Assembly (NCBI GenBank): GCA_050251015.1
Contig: JBFWNO010000001.1
Location: forward strand, 15,860 to 79,859
DNA: 64,000 bases
Source of the DNA: Planctomycetota bacterium
Lineage (GTDB): Bacteria; Planctomycetota; JBFWNO01
Reading direction: 5' to 3'
Positions 29,126 to 37,117 of the stretch are shown piece by piece (position 1 is the first letter of the stretch; each line of letters opens with the position of its first letter). A model generated the notes under the pieces. The model saw nothing but the letters and a program-made list of their open reading frames with translations. It ran no database searches and was not told the origin of the DNA. Made by a program: the position numbers and the translations under genes.

Positions 29126-30330
29126 CCACCTTCGTCTATACCGGCAAACGCGGCGGCAAACCCGTGTCGGGCCAGCTGGAGGCCAACAGCAAGGACGAGG
29201 CCACCAAGAAGCTGGGCGGCCAGGGCATTGTCAACCTTACCATTCAGGTCCGGACCGATAAAACCAAAGCCGCCAAACCCAAGAAGCCCCCCAACGCCAG
29301 GGTCAAACCCGAGGACTTGGCGGTGTTCACCCGGCAGATGTGCACGATGATCGGAGCGGGCATCCCATTGCTCGAGGGCCTAGAGATCATGAGCGAACAG
29401 GCCGAGGACCCCGGTTTTTCCCACGTGCTCAGGACCGTCGTCGAGAGCGTGCGCACGGGCAACGACCTCTCCGAATCGCTGGCAGCCCACCCCAAGGTCT
29501 TCGAGAAGATCTATGTGAACATGGTGAAGGCCGGCGAGGCCTCCGGCCAGATCGACACCATTCTCGACCGTCTGGCGGGCTACATGGAGGAGTCGGCCAA
29601 ACTCAAGGGCGAGATCAAGAGTGCCATGACCTACCCGGTGATCTCGCTGGTCATGGTGCTGGGCATCGCCGTCTTCCTGATGGCGGTGGTGGTTCCCCAG
29701 TTCGAGGAGATCTTCACTGCCCTGGGTGCGCCGCTGCCCGCCCCCACACAGATCGTGTTGGCCATTTCCAGGAGCATGACTAGCAATTTCGCTCTTTGGG
29801 CCATTGGTGGTGTTGGCCTCTTCTTCGGGGTCAAGTTCGGCAAAAAGACGAAGAAGGGCCAGAGGATGTGGGATTCCCTGGCTCTCAAGGCGCCCATCAT
29901 CGGACCCATTGCCACCAAGGTCGCCATCTCCCGCTTCTCGCGCACCTTCTCCACCCTCCTGTCCTCCGGCGTGCCCATCCTGCAGGCTCTGGAGATCGTG
30001 GCCGCCACCTCCGGGAATGTGCTCCTCGAGGAAGCCATCCTGGCCGCCCGCGACAACGTCAGGGAGGGCAACGAACTCTCGGGGCCCCTCTCCCAGTGCG
30101 GCGTCTTCCCCCTCATGGTCACGCGCATGATCAGCATCGGCGAAAAGTCGGGGGCACTCGAACAGCTCCTGGGCAAGGTTTCCGAGTTCTATGATTCGCA
30201 GGTCGAGCAGGCCATCAAGAGCCTGACCTCCCTGATTGAGCCCATCATGATTGGCGCCATGGGCATCATTGTTGGCGGCATCGTGCTGGCGATCTTCCTG
30301 CCCATCTTCGACGCTCCCAGCCACATGTAG
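29122..30330 (+). CDS. pilC: Type IV pilus inner-membrane platform protein (GspF/PilC family)
   Basis: 402 aa. Two T2SSF-like repeats and three TM segments. Confidence 0.85.
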   Translation: MTTFVYTGKRGGKPVSGQLEANSKDEATKKLGGQGIVNLTIQVRTDKTKAAKPKKPPNARVKPEDLAVFTRQMCTMIGAGIPLLEGLEIMSEQAEDPGFSHVLRTVVESVRTGNDLSESLAAHPKVFEKIYVNMVKAGEASGQIDTILDRLAGYMEESAKLKGEIKSAMTYPVISLVMVLGIAVFLMAVVVPQFEEIFTALGAPLPAPTQIVLAISRSMTSNFALWAIGGVGLFFGVKFGKKTKKGQRMWDSLALKAPIIGPIATKVAISRFSRTFSTLLSSGVPILQALEIVAATSGNVLLEEAILAARDNVREGNELSGPLSQCGVFPLMVTRMISIGEKSGALEQLLGKVSEFYDSQVEQAIKSLTSLIEPIMIGAMGIIVGGIVLAIFLPIFDAPSHM

Positions 30331-30333
30331 GGC

Positions 30334-31944
30334 ATGACGCCCCTGCATGGCGAGACCCTGAGGCTCCGTGGACGCTGGGTGCACGGCCTCAGGCTCTTCT
30401 TCCTCCTCATCTTCCTTGGCACCGTCACCTTCCATGCCTGGGAAGGTTTCAAGACCTTCGACGAGGCCCTCAAGGTTTTTTTCTGGCTCAGCGGCGCCGC
30501 CGGGGTTCTGACCCTTGTCTCCCTGATCCTGCATTCGCACATCCGCAATGTGCGACGCTTCTTAGTGTGGCAGGCCTCGGGCGACCTGATCCTGCTGATC
30601 TGCTTCCTGCATCAGACAGGCGGCCTGGAGAGTGTGGCCCTGCCGATGATCCACGCCCTTGTGGCCACCAGTGCCATCCTCCTTGGAAGGCGCGCGGCAA
30701 GGGCCATGTCCGTGGCGGCCTCCACCGGGATCAGCATCAGCGCCGGACTCTACCTCAGTGCCTCCATGGCCTCGATCCGGTTGCACTATGTGGTGGAGCC
30801 GTGGGCCTGGCCCCACGATCTTTCCCTCGGATCCGTGATCGGCAAAGCGGTACTGTTCTGCGCCCTCCTGGTGATGATGGGGGAGCTCGCGGGGAGACTG
30901 GCCGAAAGCCTGGGCCGGGCGAGGGTGGCCACCCGCGACATCCTGGAAAACCTTGAACAGGGCGTGCTGGTGACCGACAACGAAGGCCGGGTGGCCTTTT
31001 GCAATGGCGCCCTGCGCCGGCTCCTGGACATTGAGGGCGACCCCACACTCCGCCTGGTGACGGAGGCCGGGTTTCCTGAGTCCGTGCAGGAGCGCGTCTT
31101 TTCGGGACGCCATGACTTGAGGGAAATCGACATCCAAACGGACGGATCCGTCATGCCCGTGGAATGCCAGGCCGCACCGCTGGAGGATCCCCGTTACGGG
31201 GGCCGGGGCATGATCCTCACGCTCACCGACATCCGCGAACGCCGGGAAATCGAGCGCATGCGATCCGAAAAACGCCGGGGTGAGACCATCGAGGTGATCG
31301 CCGCCGGACTGGCCCACGAGCTGCGCAATCCCCTGGCCGCCCTGCGCAGCGGCGTCCAGACACTCCGCGAGGAAGCCCGTTCCCTCAACGCCTCCCACCA
31401 GTCGCTCCTGGACCTGGTGCTCAGGGAAAGCGACCGCCTGGACCGCATTGTGGGTGAATTCCTCGACTTCTCCAAGCCGCGCCCCAAGATCTCCACAAGC
31501 TTCCGCCTGGCTGGTGTGGTCGACGAGGTTCTTGAGCTCCTCGACCATGATCCTCGACGGGGATCGGTGGAGCTTCGTCGTGAAGTCCCCGAGACGATCA
31601 GGCTCCTGGCCGACAGGGAGCAGGTGAAGAAGGTGCTGGTGAACTTGGTTCTCAACGCCCTGCAGGCGATGGAATCCTCCGGTCAGGGATCGAAGGTAAC
31701 CGTGGGTGCGCGGACCAAACCGGGACGGGTGGTTCTCCAGATCACCGATGACGGACCGGGGTTCGCCCCCGAAATCCTGGCCTCGCCCTTCACGCCCTTC
31801 GTCACCACGCGGGCCGATGGAACCGGTCTTGGATTGGCCATGGTCGAGCGTGTGGCCCGGGACCATGGCGGTTCCGCCCGCATCCTCAACCGACCCGAAG
31901 GCGGCAGTGTGGTGGAGGTGGAATTCCCCCCGGCACCGGCGTAG
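30334..31944 (+). CDS. pilS: Sensor histidine kinase (PilS-like)
   Basis: N-terminal polytopic membrane domain. HisKA H-box (LAHELRNPLAAL). HATPase N/G boxes. Immediately upstream of a sigma-54-type regulator. Confidence 0.75.
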   Translation: MTPLHGETLRLRGRWVHGLRLFFLLIFLGTVTFHAWEGFKTFDEALKVFFWLSGAAGVLTLVSLILHSHIRNVRRFLVWQASGDLILLICFLHQTGGLESVALPMIHALVATSAILLGRRAARAMSVAASTGISISAGLYLSASMASIRLHYVVEPWAWPHDLSLGSVIGKAVLFCALLVMMGELAGRLAESLGRARVATRDILENLEQGVLVTDNEGRVAFCNGALRRLLDIEGDPTLRLVTEAGFPESVQERVFSGRHDLREIDIQTDGSVMPVECQAAPLEDPRYGGRGMILTLTDIRERREIERMRSEKRRGETIEVIAAGLAHELRNPLAALRSGVQTLREEARSLNASHQSLLDLVLRESDRLDRIVGEFLDFSKPRPKISTSFRLAGVVDEVLELLDHDPRRGSVELRREVPETIRLLADREQVKKVLVNLVLNALQAMESSGQGSKVTVGARTKPGRVVLQITDDGPGFAPEILASPFTPFVTTRADGTGLGLAMVERVARDHGGSARILNRPEGGSVVEVEFPPAPA

Positions 31945-31954
31945 ACTAACCGCC

Positions 31955-33313
31955 ATGCCCGACACCCCACGCCTCCTTGTTGTTGACGACGAAGCCTCCA
32001 TCCGCGAGGCCCTCAGGGCCGTTCTCAAGGGCCACGACCTCGACATGGCGGATTCGGCTGAAAGGGCTCTGGAGATGATCCGGGAAAAGTCCTACGACCT
32101 GGTGATCCAAGACATCAAACTTCCCGGCATGGATGGCCTTGAGCTCCTGGAAAAGATCAAAGAGATTTCTCCCCAGACTGTCATTGTGGTGACCACGGCC
32201 TTCAGCGCCTGGGAAAACGCCACGCGGGCCCTCAGGGCCGGGGCCTACGACTACATCAAGAAGCCCTTCGACAACACCGATATCCGCAACGCCGTGGAAA
32301 GGGCCCTCAAGCTCAAGACCAAGGGAGCCCCTGCCACCTCCACCTGGAGGCTGGTGGGTAAGAGCAAGGTGATTCAGGATGTCTTCACCATGGTGCGCCG
32401 TGTGGCCCACACCGAAAGCACGGTGCTGATCCAGGGGGAAAGCGGTACCGGCAAGGAACTTGTGGCCTCTGCACTGCACACCAACTCCCTCCGCCACACC
32501 GGCCCGTTTGTGAGCGTCAACTGCGGGGCCTTCACGGCCACCTTGCTCGAGAGCGAGCTGTTCGGTCACATGAAAGGCTCTTTCACCGGCGCGGACCGCA
32601 CCAAGAAGGGACTGGTGGAGGTGGCTGATGGGGGCACCTTCTTCCTCGATGAAATCGGGGAGATGCCCCTCGCGCTCCAGGTCAAGCTCCTCCGCCTCCT
32701 GGAGGAAAAGGAGTTCATCCCGGTGGGTGCTAACAAGGCCACCAAGGTGGATGTCCGCTTTGTGTGTGCCACGAACCGCAACCTTCAGGACGAGGTGAAG
32801 AAAGGCAACTTCCGTGAGGATCTGTACTACCGCTTGAATGTGATCCCGATCACCCTCCCCGCTCTGCGCGAGAGGGGTGACGACATCCTCCTCCTGGCAG
32901 ACTTCTTCATCGGACATTACGGCCCGAAGATGCGTTCGAAGATCACGGGGATGACGGACAAGGTGAAGCAAATCTTTCTGAACTATGAGTGGCCCGGGAA
33001 TGTCCGCGAGCTGGAGAACACCATCCAGCGCTCCCTCGCCCTGGCCTCGCCGGACAGCACCAAAATCGATGTCGAGGACCTTGAGGACCGCCTCAAGAAA
33101 ATAAAGGTGAGCGCCGAGCCCCCTGCCCAGGGTTTCGACATTCCCGACGCCGGTATCGACCTCCACGCCCATCTTGATGAAATAGAAAAAATGTACATTC
33201 TCAAAGCCCTCGAAAAATCCGCCGGCGACAAGAATACGGCCGCCCGCCTCCTGGGCGTACAGGTCGCCTCCCTGAACTACCGGATCAAGAAATTGGGGCT
33301 GGGGGGCCGCTGA
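31955..33313 (+). CDS. pilR: Sigma-54-dependent response regulator (PilR-like NtrC family)
   Basis: REC domain (LLVVDDE ... D), AAA+ sigma-54 interaction domain (GESGTGKE; GAFTGA-type loop GSFTGA), and C-terminal Fis-type HTH. Start at the internal Met MPDTPRL (ATG 31955). Confidence 0.85.
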   Translation: MPDTPRLLVVDDEASIREALRAVLKGHDLDMADSAERALEMIREKSYDLVIQDIKLPGMDGLELLEKIKEISPQTVIVVTTAFSAWENATRALRAGAYDYIKKPFDNTDIRNAVERALKLKTKGAPATSTWRLVGKSKVIQDVFTMVRRVAHTESTVLIQGESGTGKELVASALHTNSLRHTGPFVSVNCGAFTATLLESELFGHMKGSFTGADRTKKGLVEVADGGTFFLDEIGEMPLALQVKLLRLLEEKEFIPVGANKATKVDVRFVCATNRNLQDEVKKGNFREDLYYRLNVIPITLPALRERGDDILLLADFFIGHYGPKMRSKITGMTDKVKQIFLNYEWPGNVRELENTIQRSLALASPDSTKIDVEDLEDRLKKIKVSAEPPAQGFDIPDAGIDLHAHLDEIEKMYILKALEKSAGDKNTAARLLGVQVASLNYRIKKLGLGGR

Positions 33314-34155
33314 TGCGGTCGCCACGATCCGAACGTTACTGCCAGAGCATCGTCATCCGCAGGGCGGGAAATTTCCAGGCCGCCCTTAGACTCTTGCCTG
33401 AAAGCAAACGAACCTCCCTTTTCGCCCTGTATTCTTTCGCCCGTCTGGCTGATGACATCGTTGATGGTAGCCATATGACCATGAGCCTAAGGGACCTTTC
33501 TGGACGCCTGGAAGACTGCTCGAAGGGTCCCCAACCCGATGGGGACGATCCCTGGGGCGCCCTGGCCCTTACGCTCAGGCACCACAGGGCCATCACCCCC
33601 CTCCTGCACGAGCTAATTGAAGGTATGCGTCGCGATGAGGGGCCCACGGGGTATGACACATGGACCGATACCGAGGAATACTGCTACCTGGCGGCGGGCA
33701 CCGTGGGCTTGGCCAGCCTGGAGGTCTTTGGCTACACCAGCCCCAACGCCCGGGAACACGCCCGCAACCTGGGCATCGCCCTCCAGCTAACGAACATCCT
33801 GCGCGACCTTCGAGAGGACCATCAGCGTGGCCGGCAGTATCTTCCCCAGGAGGATTTCAATGATTTCGGGATCACCCCCGAGGACCTTGTGAAGGTGAAG
33901 AATCCTTCCCAGGTTTCGGCATTCATGCGCTTCCAGGCCGACAGGGCCCTCACCTACTATGAAAAAGCCAAGCCACTCTACCGTCTGGTGAGGAAAGACT
34001 CCCGCTTCTGCCCCCGGGCTCTGGGACTCGTCTACCGCGAATATCTCGAACTATTAAGAGCTGATCCCCTCAGCAGCCTGAAGGGAACCCTCAAAATTGG
34101 ACGTTGGCGCAAGGCCTCTCTGGTTCTCCAAGCCCGCTTTGGCCGCCATGGTTAA
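33313..34155 (+). CDS. Squalene/phytoene synthase family protein (HpnD/CrtB-like)
   Basis: Asp-rich motif ARLADDIVD and a second motif region (RDLREDHQRGRQYLP) typical of trans-isoprenyl diphosphate synthases head-to-head. TGATG overlap with pilR. Confidence 0.7.
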   Translation: MRSPRSERYCQSIVIRRAGNFQAALRLLPESKRTSLFALYSFARLADDIVDGSHMTMSLRDLSGRLEDCSKGPQPDGDDPWGALALTLRHHRAITPLLHELIEGMRRDEGPTGYDTWTDTEEYCYLAAGTVGLASLEVFGYTSPNAREHARNLGIALQLTNILRDLREDHQRGRQYLPQEDFNDFGITPEDLVKVKNPSQVSAFMRFQADRALTYYEKAKPLYRLVRKDSRFCPRALGLVYREYLELLRADPLSSLKGTLKIGRWRKASLVLQARFGRHG

Positions 34156-34164
34156 AATGAATGA

Positions 34165-34359
34165 ATGAGCTCCATCACGGATATCGGTTCCCTGAACACC
34201 CAGCAGTTTTCAAGGATCAGCTCCCAGATGGCCCAAGGCCCAAAGGTTCTCTCTGAGGTAGCCAGTGATGTGGGTCGTGTGGGTGGTGCGGCTACGGCCA
34301 ACAAGGCCCCTGGCTATAACCCCCAAGGCATTGGGCTCCAACTGGACCTTCTCGTTTGA
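34165..34359 (+). CDS. Small hypothetical protein (64 aa), paralog 1 of a tandem pair
   Basis: Protein-level similarity to the adjacent 65-aa ORF with synonymous DNA divergence. A TAAAAT box ends 7 nt upstream of the ATG. Confidence 0.5.
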   Translation: MSSITDIGSLNTQQFSRISSQMAQGPKVLSEVASDVGRVGGAATANKAPGYNPQGIGLQLDLLV

Positions 34360-34455
34360 GAGGAAAATCCCCCAAGAGACGCCGAAAATAGGCAGAATGA
34401 CGATGGTCTCTCCTTCATTTCCTGCAACGTCCACAGGCAAGGGTAAAATGGGGAC

Positions 34456-34653
34456 ATGAATTCCTTCTCCGACGTAGGCTCCCTCAACGCCCAGGAGTTT
34501 TCCTCCATGTCGGCCAGAATGACCCAAGGGCAGAGGGTGATGGCTGTCGTATCCGCCGCCATGGGGCATGTGCCAGGGCCTTCCGCCGCCAATTCGGCAC
34601 CAAGCTACGATCCCTCCGGGTCCGTGGGTCATCACCTCAATCTCTGGGCCTGA
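34456..34653 (+). CDS. Small hypothetical protein (65 aa), paralog 2 of a tandem pair
   Basis: As above. Its TAAAAT box also ends 7 nt upstream of the ATG. Confidence 0.5.
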   Translation: MNSFSDVGSLNAQEFSSMSARMTQGQRVMAVVSAAMGHVPGPSAANSAPSYDPSGSVGHHLNLWA

Positions 34654-36057
34654 ATGTCCCTTGAGTTCTTCAACACCCTGACCCGCGCGAGGGAACCTTT
34701 CGCACCGCTTGAAGTCGGCAAGGTCTCGATCTACTCTTGCGGTCCCACCGTCTACCATGAGGTGCACCTTGGGAACCTGAGATCCTTTCTTTTTGCTGAC
34801 CTCTTGAGGCGCTCGCTGGAGTTCCTTGGCTTTTCGGTGCGGCATGTGATGAACATCACCGACGTGGGCCACCTCGAGAGCGACGCCGACGAGGGCGATG
34901 ACAAGATGCTCAAGGGGGCCCAGCGGGAGAAGAAGACCGTCTGGGAGGTGGCCCGTCACTACGAGGAACTCTTCCTCAACGACATCACGCTCCTGGGACT
35001 CAAAAGACCCCATGTGCTCTGCCGGGCCACCGAACATATCCAGGCCATGCAGGACATGGTGAAGACTCTCGAAAGCAAGGGTTTCACCTACACGGTGGAC
35101 GGGAATGTCTATTTCGACATCTCCAAGTTTCCCGACTACGCCAAGCTCGGCAAGCTCGACCTCGACCGCAACCAGGCGGGGGCCCGCATCGAGGCCGACA
35201 GCCGCAAGCGGCATCCCGCCGACTTTGCCCTGTGGTTCACCACCAGCTCCACCAAGTTCCCCAACCAGGCCATGCAATGGGATTCCCCCTGGGGCCGCGG
35301 CTTTCCGGGTTGGCACATCGAGTGCTCGGCCATGGCCACGCAGTATCTTGGCGAGCGCTTCGACATCCACACGGGCGGCACCGACCTCATCCCCGTGCAC
35401 CATTCGAACGAGATTGCCCAGAGCGAATGCGCCCTTGGGCACCGCTGGGTGAGCACCTGGCTCCATGGCGAGTTCCTGGTCAACGGCGAGGGTGCCAAGA
35501 TGAGCAAGTCAACCGGCGACTTTCTTTCGCTCAAGACCTTCCTCGCAAAGGGCTTCAAGCCCGAGCACTACCGCTTTTTCTGCCTGGGGGCCCACTACCG
35601 TTCACCCCTGAACTTCACCTGGGAAGCTGCCACGGCGGCGCGAAGCGCCTATGAGAACTTGACCCAGCGGCTGCTGAGTTGGAAGGGTGTCCCGGGCAAG
35701 GTGGATGCCGCTGCCGTGGAGACGCGCACCGAAGCCTTCAATCGGGCCCTCGAAGATGACCTGAACATGCCGGCGGCCCTGGCCCTGGCATGGGATGTGG
35801 CCAAGGATTCTTCCATCAAGGAACCCACCAAGCTGGCCCTGCTCCTGGATTTCGACCGCGTCCTCGGTCTAGGGCTCGCCTCATGCGCCCCTCCCGCCCT
35901 CGATGAAAAGTCCCAGGCCCTGATGAAGGAACGCGAGGCCGCGAGGGCCCGCAAGGATTTCAAGGAAAGTGACCGCCTTCGGGCTGAACTTCTGGCACAC
36001 GGTCTCGTAGTGCGTGATACGCCTCAAGGTCCGGTGTGGCACGGGAAATTTGAATGA
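34654..36057 (+). CDS. cysS: Cysteine--tRNA ligase
   Basis: HIGH-type motif (HLGN), KMSKS motif, and Zn-binding Cys residues. 467 aa. Confidence 0.9.
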   Translation: MSLEFFNTLTRAREPFAPLEVGKVSIYSCGPTVYHEVHLGNLRSFLFADLLRRSLEFLGFSVRHVMNITDVGHLESDADEGDDKMLKGAQREKKTVWEVARHYEELFLNDITLLGLKRPHVLCRATEHIQAMQDMVKTLESKGFTYTVDGNVYFDISKFPDYAKLGKLDLDRNQAGARIEADSRKRHPADFALWFTTSSTKFPNQAMQWDSPWGRGFPGWHIECSAMATQYLGERFDIHTGGTDLIPVHHSNEIAQSECALGHRWVSTWLHGEFLVNGEGAKMSKSTGDFLSLKTFLAKGFKPEHYRFFCLGAHYRSPLNFTWEAATAARSAYENLTQRLLSWKGVPGKVDAAAVETRTEAFNRALEDDLNMPAALALAWDVAKDSSIKEPTKLALLLDFDRVLGLGLASCAPPALDEKSQALMKEREAARARKDFKESDRLRAELLAHGLVVRDTPQGPVWHGKFE

Positions 36058-36368
36058 CCCTCCTTCTCTGCCTCACCACCGTCCCTGACTCCAAGACAGC
36101 CAAGAAACTGTCGGCCCTTTGGGTGGAGCGCGGCCATGCCGCCTGCGTTTCCACAATCCCGGGCATCCAATCCACCTACCGCTGGAAAAACAAAATCGAA
36201 TCCTCGAAGGAATGCCTCCTCCTGGTGAAAACCACGGCTGCCGGCGCCAAAAAAATCCGCGCGTCCCTCAAGAAGGACCACCCCTACGAATGTCCCGAGT
36301 GGTTGGAATTGAAGACGGCGGGGGTGTTGGAGGCTTATGCAAGGTGGGTTCAAGGGTCTGTTCAGTAA
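36054..36368 (+). CDS. cutA: Divalent-cation tolerance protein CutA
   Basis: 104 aa, CutA1 family pattern. ATGA overlap with cysS. Confidence 0.7.
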   Translation: MTLLLCLTTVPDSKTAKKLSALWVERGHAACVSTIPGIQSTYRWKNKIESSKECLLLVKTTAAGAKKIRASLKKDHPYECPEWLELKTAGVLEAYARWVQGSVQ

Positions 36369-36404
36369 CCCCCCCACCCTGACCCTCCCCCCAAGAGGGG
36401 GAGG
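36368..36404. repeat. GC-rich hairpin repeat, copy A (CCCCCCCACCCTGACCCTCCCCCCAAGAGGGGGAGGG)
   Basis: Near-identical copies at 46210-46248 (same orientation) and 45083-45122 (inverted). Lies between the convergent cutA and alkA-like genes. Confidence 0.6.
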
Positions 36405-36412
36405 GAATGGAT

Positions 36413-37117
36413 TCAAGGCTTGTTGTCGAGGCTACGCCACAGGGCCCAAGTAACCAGGGTGCGGTGGGGTTGCCAGGCGGAGGCCAGACGTTCGAGCTTG
36501 GGGTGATCATCGCGGGTCTTAAGCTTCCATACGCGCTTCATGGCCTCGCGGATCCCGAGATCACCCACCGGGAAGACGTCGGGGCGGTTGAGCGAGAAGA
36601 TGAGGAACATCTGGGCCGTCCAGACGCCGATACCCTTGACCTCGGTGAGGTTCAAGATGACGGCCTCGTCATCCATCGATGAGGAGAACTTGAGGGCAAG
36701 GGCTCCTGAGGAAGCTCGCGCATCAAGATCACGAAGGTAACCAAGCTTCTGCGAGCTGATCCCGCAAGAGCGCACCTGGGTGTCGCCGAAATGCCTTAGC
36801 AAACCCGGCTCCACCCGCCTGAGGCCAGAACCCTGCGCGAGAAGGACCTCCCTCAGCCGTCTCCAGATGGTGGCCGCGGCCTTGGTGCTCAGCTGCTGTG
36901 AGACGATGCTGTGGCAGAGCGTCTCGAAATGGTCTCTGCGGGGCCGGAGCGTGCAAGGGCCGGCGGACCGGAGAAGGGCATCCACACGAGGATCGCATCC
37001 CTTGAGGGCCTTGCGGGCCGTCGACCACACGGCCAATTCAGGGGGCAAGCACCACCACGAGGTCGCCGGATTCCACGGGGTCGCCGGCCTTGAGGAGAAT
37101 CTCCGAAACCGTGCCAT
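36413..37117 (-). CDS. DNA-3-methyladenine glycosylase II / HhH-GPD family
   Basis: HhH-GPD motif region (VKGIGVWTAQMFLIF ... D). The N-terminus overlaps the pyc 3' end by ~80 nt, so the true start may be internal. Confidence 0.65.
   Translation of the reverse strand: MARFRRFSSRPATPWNPATSWWCLPPELAVWSTARKALKGCDPRVDALLRSAGPCTLRPRRDHFETLCHSIVSQQLSTKAAATIWRRLREVLLAQGSGLRRVEPGLLRHFGDTQVRSCGISSQKLGYLRDLDARASSGALALKFSSSMDDEAVILNLTEVKGIGVWTAQMFLIFSLNRPDVFPVGDLGIREAMKRVWKLKTRDDHPKLERLASAWQPHRTLVTWALWRSLDNKP

Noticed and set aside
34210-35466. 418-aa ORF on the minus strand
   Set aside because: Lies antisense to cysS and the small-ORF pair. No recognisable domains. Typical GC-rich shadow ORF.
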